Origin: an uncultured Acidobacteriota bacterium
Lineage (GTDB): Bacteria; Acidobacteriota; Thermoanaerobaculia; Multivoradales; JAHEKO01
Reading direction: 5' to 3'
Assembly: GCA_963713825.1 (NCBI GenBank)
Contig: CAVQNG010000003.1
Coordinates: 1,056,001 to 1,120,000, forward strand
Length of the DNA: 64,000 bases
In this document: piece by piece, positions 56,431 through 64,000 of the stretch
Numbering within the stretch: position 1 is the stretch's first letter
How the letters are laid out: each line of letters begins with the position of its first letter
The notes under the pieces: model-generated
What the model was told of the DNA's origin: nothing
Databases searched by the model: none
What the model saw: the letters and a program-made list of their open reading frames with translations, nothing else
Made by a program: the position numbers and the translations under genes

Positions 56431-59400
56431 GCCTTTCGTCGATCAGCATTCGTCGTCCTGTTCTGGCCATCGTCCTGTCGCTGGCGATCCTTCTGTTCGG
56501 CGGTATCGGACTCTCGAACCTCGGGGTCCGAGAGTATCCATCGGTAGACCCACCAGTCATCAGCGTCTCCACCAACTACCGGGGTGCCAACGCCGAGGTT
56601 GTCGAGTCGCAGATCACCGAGCCTCTGGAAGCCGCGGTCAACAGCGTCGACGGCATCCGAACCCTGACCTCCGTGAGCCGTGACGGACGCAGCACGATCC
56701 AGGTCGAGTTCGAGCTGGGCGAGGATCTCGAACGTGCCGCCAACGACGTGCGTGATCGCGTCTTCCGCACCCTGGGTCAGTTGCCGCCGGACGTCGATCC
56801 ACCCTCGGTAGCCAAGGCGGATTCGGACTCGCCTCCGATCGTCATGCTGACCGTGCGGTCCGACCAGCGTTCGCTTCTGGAGCTGTCACGTCTGGCGGAC
56901 GAGATCTTCGTGGAGCGGCTGCAAACGATTCCCGGAGTCAGTCGGATCGACGTATGGGGCGACAAGAGCTACGCCATGCGACTCTGGATCGACCCGATCA
57001 AGCTGGCCTCCTATCGGCTGTCGCCGGTCGATGTGCGGAATGCGGTTCGCCGGGAGAACGTCGAGCTGCCGGCCGGCAGGATCGAGGGGCAGGATATCGA
57101 GTTGGCGGTTCGCACCATGAGTCGCTTGAGGACCCCGGAGGAGTTCGGGGACCTGATCCTCAAGTCCGAAGGCAGCCGCATTGTGCGCCTGCGGGATGTC
57201 GGCAAGGCCGAGATCGGGGCCCAGAACGAGCGCACGGTCCTGAAGAAGAATGGCATCCCGATGGTAGCGGTGGTGGCCAGCCCGCAGCCCGGGGGCAACT
57301 TCGTGAAGATTGCCGATGATTTTCGCCACCGAGTGGAGCTCATCCGGCCGACACTCCCCTCCGACATCACACTCGACTACGGCTTCGACGCCTCGAAGTA
57401 CATTCGCGACTCCGTCAGGGAGGTGAGGCAGACCCTGCTACTGGCACTCGTCCTGGTGGTCATGGTGATCTTCTTCTTCCTGCGCGACTGGCGAACCACC
57501 CTGGTGCCGGTGGTGGTGATTCCGGTGTCCCTGATCGGGACATTCTTCGTTCTCTATCTGGCGGGCTTCTCGATCAACATCCTCACTCTCCTGGGGTTGG
57601 TCCTGGCCATCGGTCTGGTGGTCGATGACGCGATTGTGGTGCTGGAGAACATCTACGCCAAGATCGAGCGGGGAATGGATCCCATCCAGGCGGGCCTCAA
57701 GGGCACGCAAGAGATTTTCTTCGCCGTCATCGCCACCACCCTGGCTCTGGTGGCAGTGCTGTTGCCCATTTTCTTTCTGGGTGGCCTGACCGGATTGTTG
57801 TTTCGGGAGTTCGGCCTGACGCTGGCCGCCGCGGTCATCATCTCGTCGTTTGTGGCCCTGACCCTGACTCCGGTGATCGCGACCCGTATTCTCAAGAAGC
57901 GACAACGGCATTCCTGGCTCTACGAGGCCACCGAGCCCTTCTTCGAGTCTCTGACCGACGGCTATCGGAGGGTGCTCGAGACGTTGCTGAAGCGGCGTTG
58001 GCTCGCCTGGCCGGTGCTGGCGATCAGTCTGGGACTGGTGGTGCTTTTGTTTCAGATCCTGCCTGCCGAGCTGGCACCCTTGGAAGACCGTAGCACCCTT
58101 CGGGTCAGCAGTCGGGGGCAGGAAGGTGCGACCTTCTCCTACATGGACGCCTATATGGACGATCAGATCGCCATGGCGCGGCAAGTCGTTCCAGAGTCTT
58201 CGGCGATCATCACAGTGACCTCGCCCGGATTCGGCGCTTCGAGCGCTGTCAACAACGGCTACATGAGGATCCGCCTGGTGCCACCCGAGGAGCGGGAGCG
58301 GTCGCAGATGGAGGTAGCCAGTGCGTTCGAGAAGGCACTGCAGGGGCTCCAGGGGGCCAAGACTATTGTGACCCAGTCTCCGACAATCGCTGTCGGGCGA
58401 AGGCGCGGCTTGCCGGTCCAATTCGTTCTCCAAGCTCCCGATCTGGAACGACTCGAAGACATCCTGCCGAGCTTTCTCGAGCGTGCCGCTGCCGAGCCTG
58501 CCTTCTCGGTGGTCGATGTCAACCTGGAGTTCGACAAGCCGGAGCTCGAGGTCGAGATCGATCGCGACCGGGCCCGTGACCTGGGAGTCTCGGCCCTCGA
58601 CGTGGGTGAGGTTCTGCAACTCTCGTTGAGCGAGCAGCGTCTTGGTTTCTTCGTCATGGACGGTAAGCAGTTCGAGATCATCGGCCAGGTCGCATCGGAG
58701 AATCGGAACACCATTCTCGATCTGCGCAATCTGTTTGTCCCGGGCGAGGATGGTCGGCCGGTCATGCTCGACAAAGTCGTCCGGGTGAGTGAAAAGAGCA
58801 GCCCACCCCAGCTATTTCGCTTCAATCGCTATGTCTCGGCGACGGTCTCGGCGGGACTCGAGCCCGGCTACACCCTGGCCGATGGCATCGAAGTGATGCG
58901 GGGTCTGGCCGACGAGCTGCTGGACGAGAGCTTTGCCACCGACCTGGCCGGACAATCGCGGGACTTTGCCGAGAGCTCCAGCAGCCTGGCCTTCGTTTTC
59001 GTCCTGGCCTTGGCGATGGTCTACCTGGTGCTGTCTGCTCAGTTCGAGAGCTTTCGTGACCCCTTCATCATCATGTTGACGGTGCCCCTGGCGTTGGCCG
59101 GAGCGCTCGCGGCGCTGTGGATCTTCGGGCAGACGCTGAACATCTTCAGCCAGATCGGCATGATCATGCTGATCGGCCTGGTGACCAAGAACGGCATCCT
59201 GATCGTGGAGTTCGCCAACCAGCGACGCGAAGCTGGCCTCGATGTAGAGGAGGCGATTCGCGAGGCTGCCGTGGCCCGTTTCCGGCCGGTCTTGATGACC
59301 AGTATCTCGACGGTTCTGGGCACGCTGCCGATCGCTCTGGCATTGGGCGCCGGAGCTGAGAGCCGCATGCCGATGGGCATAGCTGTCATCGGTGGTCTAC

Positions 59401-59525
59401 TCGTGGGGACGTTCTTGACCCTGTTGGTCATTCCCACGACCTACACCTATCTGGCCGCCAAGAAGCACCGCGCCGCCCCGTCGCTCGAAGAGAGCTCCGA
59501 CGCCTCGGCCACCTGGGCCGCTTGA
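56427..59525 (+). CDS. RND efflux permease (AcrB/AcrD/AcrF family)
   Basis: SIRRPVLA, REYP.VDPP, AIGLVVDDAIVVLENI, GLVTKNGILIVEFA, RFRPVLMT. Confidence 0.95.
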   Translation: MSLSSISIRRPVLAIVLSLAILLFGGIGLSNLGVREYPSVDPPVISVSTNYRGANAEVVESQITEPLEAAVNSVDGIRTLTSVSRDGRSTIQVEFELGEDLERAANDVRDRVFRTLGQLPPDVDPPSVAKADSDSPPIVMLTVRSDQRSLLELSRLADEIFVERLQTIPGVSRIDVWGDKSYAMRLWIDPIKLASYRLSPVDVRNAVRRENVELPAGRIEGQDIELAVRTMSRLRTPEEFGDLILKSEGSRIVRLRDVGKAEIGAQNERTVLKKNGIPMVAVVASPQPGGNFVKIADDFRHRVELIRPTLPSDITLDYGFDASKYIRDSVREVRQTLLLALVLVVMVIFFFLRDWRTTLVPVVVIPVSLIGTFFVLYLAGFSINILTLLGLVLAIGLVVDDAIVVLENIYAKIERGMDPIQAGLKGTQEIFFAVIATTLALVAVLLPIFFLGGLTGLLFREFGLTLAAAVIISSFVALTLTPVIATRILKKRQRHSWLYEATEPFFESLTDGYRRVLETLLKRRWLAWPVLAISLGLVVLLFQILPAELAPLEDRSTLRVSSRGQEGATFSYMDAYMDDQIAMARQVVPESSAIITVTSPGFGASSAVNNGYMRIRLVPPEERERSQMEVASAFEKALQGLQGAKTIVTQSPTIAVGRRRGLPVQFVLQAPDLERLEDILPSFLERAAAEPAFSVVDVNLEFDKPELEVEIDRDRARDLGVSALDVGEVLQLSLSEQRLGFFVMDGKQFEIIGQVASENRNTILDLRNLFVPGEDGRPVMLDKVVRVSEKSSPPQLFRFNRYVSATVSAGLEPGYTLADGIEVMRGLADELLDESFATDLAGQSRDFAESSSSLAFVFVLALAMVYLVLSAQFESFRDPFIIMLTVPLALAGALAALWIFGQTLNIFSQIGMIMLIGLVTKNGILIVEFANQRREAGLDVEEAIREAAVARFRPVLMTSISTVLGTLPIALALGAGAESRMPMGIAVIGGLLVGTFLTLLVIPTTYTYLAAKKHRAAPSLEESSDASATWAA

Positions 59526-59654
59526 AGAGAACGTTGTCTTGCTCGGTGCGATACGGTCACAGGTGTGTCTGAAGCTCCAGAAGTAATTGAACGTCCAGGT
59601 GCTGATCAGGGTCGTGTGAGGCCGATCTGAGAACCGGAAAGGGAGGAGAACGTC

Positions 59655-61367
59655 ATGAAGCACGTCGCGCTGCTCATATCAGTAGTTACCTTGTCGGTCA
59701 TGGCCTGTTCTCCGGCAGAGTCTGGGCCGGACGCAGCCGATGCCGCCGACTCGATCTACACCAACGGCACGATCATCACGGTCGATGCGGAGGAGTCCAT
59801 CGCTGAAGCGGTGGCTGTAAAGGACGGCAAGATCCTGACAGTGGGGAGTGCTGAGGTGGTCATGGCGACCCGCGGCGAGAATACTCAGGTCGTCGATCTC
59901 GAGGGAAAGACGATGACCCCGGGGTTCATCGATGCCCACGGGCACCTCAAGAACGTCGGCTTCCAGGCCCTGTCGGCCAATTTGTTGCCGCCTCCGGACG
60001 CGGACGTGGACTCCCTGGCGGTGCTGCAAGAGAAGCTCGGGCAGTGGGGTGAGGGCGAGCTGTCCGCAAAGCTGGGCTGGATTATCGGCTTCGGCTACGA
60101 CGACTCACAGTTGGCCGAGAAGCGACACCCGAATCGTGACGACCTCGACGCCGTCTCGAGCGAGAAGCCAGTATTCATCATCCATCAGTCGGGTCATCTC
60201 TACGTCGCCAACTCGGAGCTTCTCGAGATGGCGGGCATCACTGCCGAGACCGACGACCCGGATGGAGGCGTAATCCAGCGTCGTCCGGGCAGCCGCGAGC
60301 CGAACGGAGTGCTCGAAGAGACCGCCCTGACGCCTGTCCTGAAGGTCTTCCCCAAGATCGACGGCGCCGGACAGCGGCGCATGGTTCGCGAGGGCATCGA
60401 TGCCTATACCAGCTTCGGTTTCACGACCGCCACCGAGGGCCGAGCCTTCCCGAGCGACGTGGATCTCTACACAGCGATGGCGGAAGCCGGCGAGCTGGAG
60501 ATCGACGTCGTCGCCTTTCCAGACTACTGGCTGGGCCGCGACACGGTCGCGGGCAGTCCCTGGTTGAGCCGGAGCTATCAAGGTCATTTTCGCATCGGCG
60601 GTATCAAGGGCAATCTAGATGGCTCGCCCCAGGGCAAGACGGCCTGGCTCAGTGAACCCTATTTCGAGCCGCCGGCTGGTCGTGACGCCGACTACGCCGG
60701 ATACGCCATGCTGGAAGAGGAGCAGGCGCTGGCAATGTTCGACGATGCCTACGCCCAGGGTTGGCAGGTGATCAACCACGCCAACGGCGACGCCGCCATC
60801 GATCAACTGATTCGGGTGGCGAGGGCCGCCACCCAGAAGCACGGCCCCGCCGATCGCCGCACGGTCGGGATTCACTCGCAGACCATTCGCGAGGATCAAC
60901 TCGACGCCTACCAGGAGCTGGGGATCATTCCCTCGCTGTTTGGCATGCACACCTTCTATTGGGGTGACTACCACCGCGATTCGGTGCTCGGGCCCGAGCG
61001 CGCAGCGCGCATATCACCGGCCAGGTCCGCTCTCGATCGTGGCATGATCTTCACTCAGCATCACGATGCGCCTGTAGCTTTGCCAAGCTCGATCGCGATC
61101 CTGGCGACGCAGGTCAACCGCATAACCCGCAGTGGCCAGGTCCTCGGACCCGATCAGCGGGTCACGCCGCTGGAGGCGCTGAAGTCGATCACCATTTACG
61201 CCGCCTATCAGTACTTCGAGGAGGGTAGCAAAGGCTCCATCGAAGCAGGGAAGCTCGCCGATTTGGTCATTCTGAGCGACGATCCGCTCTCGGTCAGCCC
61301 GGAAGCGCTGTGGGACCTGGAGGTCCTGGAGACGATCAAGGAAGGCGAGACGGTTTACAAGAAGTAG
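59655..61367 (+). CDS. Amidohydrolase 3 (YtcJ-like) lipoprotein
   Basis: GGAGGAG RBS; lipobox VMAC; PGFIDAHGH, DGSPQGKTA, HANGDAAID, GSIEAGKLADLVIL. Confidence 0.92.
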   Translation: MKHVALLISVVTLSVMACSPAESGPDAADAADSIYTNGTIITVDAEESIAEAVAVKDGKILTVGSAEVVMATRGENTQVVDLEGKTMTPGFIDAHGHLKNVGFQALSANLLPPPDADVDSLAVLQEKLGQWGEGELSAKLGWIIGFGYDDSQLAEKRHPNRDDLDAVSSEKPVFIIHQSGHLYVANSELLEMAGITAETDDPDGGVIQRRPGSREPNGVLEETALTPVLKVFPKIDGAGQRRMVREGIDAYTSFGFTTATEGRAFPSDVDLYTAMAEAGELEIDVVAFPDYWLGRDTVAGSPWLSRSYQGHFRIGGIKGNLDGSPQGKTAWLSEPYFEPPAGRDADYAGYAMLEEEQALAMFDDAYAQGWQVINHANGDAAIDQLIRVARAATQKHGPADRRTVGIHSQTIREDQLDAYQELGIIPSLFGMHTFYWGDYHRDSVLGPERAARISPARSALDRGMIFTQHHDAPVALPSSIAILATQVNRITRSGQVLGPDQRVTPLEALKSITIYAAYQYFEEGSKGSIEAGKLADLVILSDDPLSVSPEALWDLEVLETIKEGETVYKK

Positions 61368-61422
61368 GGGACAGCAGTCTCACCTAGCTGAGATTCGGGT
61401 TGGGTGGGTGCCTGTCCGTCAA

Positions 61423-61475
61423 AGTCTGAGTAGCCGACGCCGTCCCCCTGTGAGCCGCCCGGACGGGCCTCTACA
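61423..61475. repeat. REP/REPIN-like element, copy 2 (see 2492-2545)
   Basis: AGTCTGAGTAGCCGACGCCGTCCCCC...GGACGGGCCTCTACA. Confidence 0.8.
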
Positions 61476-61543
61476 AGAAGAGCGTCATCCAGAAAGGAAC
61501 CCATGACCCGGGACTCGAGGTCTGACGGTTCTCCCAGGGCTCT

Positions 61544-63580
61544 TCAGGGTGAAGAGCTCTGGACCGAAACCCGCATTTGCTCCAGGTCGATCTCGAGGTT
61601 GTGGCCTTGGAAGGCGACGCTGCCGAAAGGGGGAGAAGGGAAGCGATCGGGAGCTGACAAGACCAATCTGCCATTCAAGAAGACCTGAAAGCTCAAGTGG
61701 TTGTACTGAATCCTCAGACGGTAGCGCTTGCCGATGGCGAGCTTGACCGGTCTGGACTCCCGATCGAGGACCGCTCCGCCTTCTGTTTGCACCAGAGCCA
61801 GGGTTCCCTTGCCGGGTTTGAGGATCACCGCAAGGTGGGTATCAGAATCCTGCTTCCAGGCCTGAACCGAGACCGTTTGACCGGTGCCGCCGCCTCGCGG
61901 ATGGCGTAGCCGCAAGGAGACTGCCACTTCGCCGGCGGTCTCGGGGGGAAGGTGTGAAGTACTGGCGACGAGAAAGCGACCCTTTTCGGTTCTTACCCGG
62001 AGCCCTGCGGGGTTCAGATACCATCTCCCCGCCTCGATGTTCCAATCGGTGGGTGGTGGAAACCCAGCAGCGTCTCGAGCGACAAAGTCCACCGCGTCGA
62101 TGATCGTGCGCTCCGAGTCCTGGGGGCTGATGTGCTCGCTCAGGCGCGCGACGAACCACTGACCATCGTCGTAAGAGAACGGGTGCATCGCTCTGAGGTA
62201 GCGGCCGACCCGTGCCCCTTGTGGAGCTTGGAGATCATTCCAACGGCCCATCATCGAGGAGGCCCCGCTGTCGAGGAGTTGCCTGAGCGAATCCTCTGTC
62301 TCGAAGGCACACCTACGCCCCCAGCCGCTTCGCCGGGCCAGGTAGAGCCATGTGGGGTTGGTCGCATTGCAGGACACGACGACTTCCGATGCCGCAGTGT
62401 TGCTCTTCAGGACCTCTGCAGCTATCGAATCCTGTCTGGCCGGGTACCCGCCGGGGCCGACGCCAGCTTCGTCCTCCAGGTAGCCGGCGTAGCGATACAG
62501 GCCGAGTGCCACGACAGCCAATGCTGAGAGGGTGAGCAGGAGGCGGTTCGATTGCATCCTGCGGTCATAGAGCTTGCCCAGAAAGCCGGCTGCGGGTAGC
62601 AGCAGGGGCAGGCTGTAGTACTCATGGTCGTAGGCACCCTGGTTGGCGATGAGCAGAACGATGACGACGGCCAGAAACCAGACGTCCAGTAGCCTCTCCC
62701 GTCGGGTGGGCCGAGGCAGGAACATCGCCACGATGAGCAGTAGAAAGCCGATCCAGGTGACGAGCCTGCCGGCGATGTGGCCGAAGATCAGGCGGCTGTA
62801 GAAGTGCGGCGATACCAGGAGAGACCAATTGCCCCACTTGTCGCTACCCGCTGTGGTCAAAATGTTGAAGCTGGCTCCATAGGTGACGCCGAGGTCGTGG
62901 GCATACCAATACCAGAGGCCCACGGGAACAGCCACGAGAAGGGCGTGAAGCCAGACTTTCCATTGCAGCAGGACTCGCGGCCCAAATCGTCGCCAGGCGA
63001 GCCAGAGCAGGGGCAATCCGAGATAGAGATTGGTGAGTTTGAGAAGACAGGCCAGGGCCACCGCGACCACCGAAAGCCCGTAGTAAGCCCAGGAGTCCTC
63101 CTCACTCCAGCGTAGAAACCAGTAGAGGCCCGCTGCGGTAGCCGCCAGCATCCAGGACTCGGGCATGATGGCGCGACCGAAATAGAGGCTCAACGGAAGC
63201 AAGGCCAGGAAGAACGCCGACCAAAGGGCAGCCGCTTCACTGACAATGCTGGCGATGATCAGATAAAGGAACAGGATCGCGGTCAGAGAGCCGACGACAG
63301 CCAACAATCGGGCGAGCCACTCCGACTCACCGAGAGCTGCGTAGCCCAGCGAGGTGACCCAGGGGTAGAGCGGAAACTCCATCTCCACATAGCCTGGAAC
63401 AGCCCAATCGATCTGGGGAGAAAGGAGTCGATAGCCGTTCTCGTGGAAGTTGCGGGCCACGCTCGCCGTGTCGCACTGGCGCCAGGCATGGCGTCCAAGA
63501 GGCTCGGAATCGAGATGGATCAGGCGCGGGAGGAGAGCCAGGACCAGGATACCCAGCAAGAATCGATGCTTTTTGATCAC
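61544..63580 (-). CDS. GT39/ArnT-like (GT-C) glycosyltransferase with C-terminal beta-rich domain
   Basis: HAWRQCDTASVARNF, MEFPLY, RAIMPE, LACLLK, HEYY.LP; multiple TMs. Confidence 0.85.
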   Translation of the reverse strand: MIKKHRFLLGILVLALLPRLIHLDSEPLGRHAWRQCDTASVARNFHENGYRLLSPQIDWAVPGYVEMEFPLYPWVTSLGYAALGESEWLARLLAVVGSLTAILFLYLIIASIVSEAAALWSAFFLALLPLSLYFGRAIMPESWMLAATAAGLYWFLRWSEEDSWAYYGLSVVAVALACLLKLTNLYLGLPLLWLAWRRFGPRVLLQWKVWLHALLVAVPVGLWYWYAHDLGVTYGASFNILTTAGSDKWGNWSLLVSPHFYSRLIFGHIAGRLVTWIGFLLLIVAMFLPRPTRRERLLDVWFLAVVIVLLIANQGAYDHEYYSLPLLLPAAGFLGKLYDRRMQSNRLLLTLSALAVVALGLYRYAGYLEDEAGVGPGGYPARQDSIAAEVLKSNTAASEVVVSCNATNPTWLYLARRSGWGRRCAFETEDSLRQLLDSGASSMMGRWNDLQAPQGARVGRYLRAMHPFSYDDGQWFVARLSEHISPQDSERTIIDAVDFVARDAAGFPPPTDWNIEAGRWYLNPAGLRVRTEKGRFLVASTSHLPPETAGEVAVSLRLRHPRGGGTGQTVSVQAWKQDSDTHLAVILKPGKGTLALVQTEGGAVLDRESRPVKLAIGKRYRLRIQYNHLSFQVFLNGRLVLSAPDRFPSPPFGSVAFQGHNLEIDLEQMRVSVQSSSP

Positions 63581-63740
63581 GCTTCCCCCAAAAGTCGATC
63601 CGTCAGGTCGGGCTGGGTACCCTGGGCCACTCTATGTTAGTCCACAGTTACCTACTCCACTGGCCTCGGCGTCGCCTCAGGGTAGACTCGGGGCCATAAA
63701 TGCTAAACTCAGCGCCAAGAACCAAGGCGGAGGTGTAGCT

Positions 63741-64000
63741 ATGAAGACTTTCCGACAGACCGTGATCGCATTTACCGTGTTTGCCGCTCTGGCCTTGACG
63801 CCGGCGGTGGCCAGCATCTTTACCGTGCATCTAACCAACGGTGCGTCGTTCGAAACTCGCTATCAACCCAAAGTCCTGCCAGGAGATGGCACCAAGGTTC
63901 TGCTCGTCACCGACGTGGGCAACCGGATCTATCTCCACCGGGATGACATCCGCGAAGTCACCCACTCGTCGGATGTCCAGGGCTTTGGAACGATGATCAA
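63741..64000 (+). CDS. Exported hypothetical protein (3'-truncated)
   Basis: GGAGG RBS, MKTFRQTVIAFTVFAALALTPAVAS signal peptide; open to the end of the window. Confidence 0.7.
   Translation, partial: MKTFRQTVIAFTVFAALALTPAVASIFTVHLTNGASFETRYQPKVLPGDGTKVLLVTDVGNRIYLHRDDIREVTHSSDVQGFGTMI

Noticed and set aside
45050-64000. Integrative element at tRNA-Arg(CCG)
   Set aside because: No integrase, and no duplicated tRNA 3' end longer than about 9 nt was found; housekeeping pdxB follows.

Overview
GC-rich (by eye about 62-65%) bacterial chromosomal window, most likely Acidobacteriota (Thermoanaerobaculia-like). That placement is inferred from the acidobacterial-type Ig+VWA protein, the C-terminal 'FxDGFESGD..W' motif and the tRNA Pro-Arg-His-Arg cluster. 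It carries about 45 mostly envelope, transport and signalling genes, a four-tRNA cluster and one complete IS481-family element with a 7-bp target duplication. Five things the ORF track does not show stand out. (1) An in-frame UGA in a UxxC motif, followed by a SECIS-like hairpin, joins two ORFs into one selenocysteine lipoprotein (23336-24685). (2) A four-helix-bundle (Avd/IVP-like) gene sits antisense inside an ABC operon, bracketed by a 29/30-bp inverted repeat built from octamer units, one arm of which lies inside the next gene. (3) Heptamer CCAGGAC arrays mark every junction of that operon, supply the ribosome-binding sites, and would fuse ATPase and permease in frame if one unit were gained. 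(4) The IS481 has inserted into the loop of a dispersed hairpin repeat. (5) Clustered single-base frameshifts at 11.8-21.4 kb are probably long-read errors. No database searches were run; all family calls rest on motif recognition.
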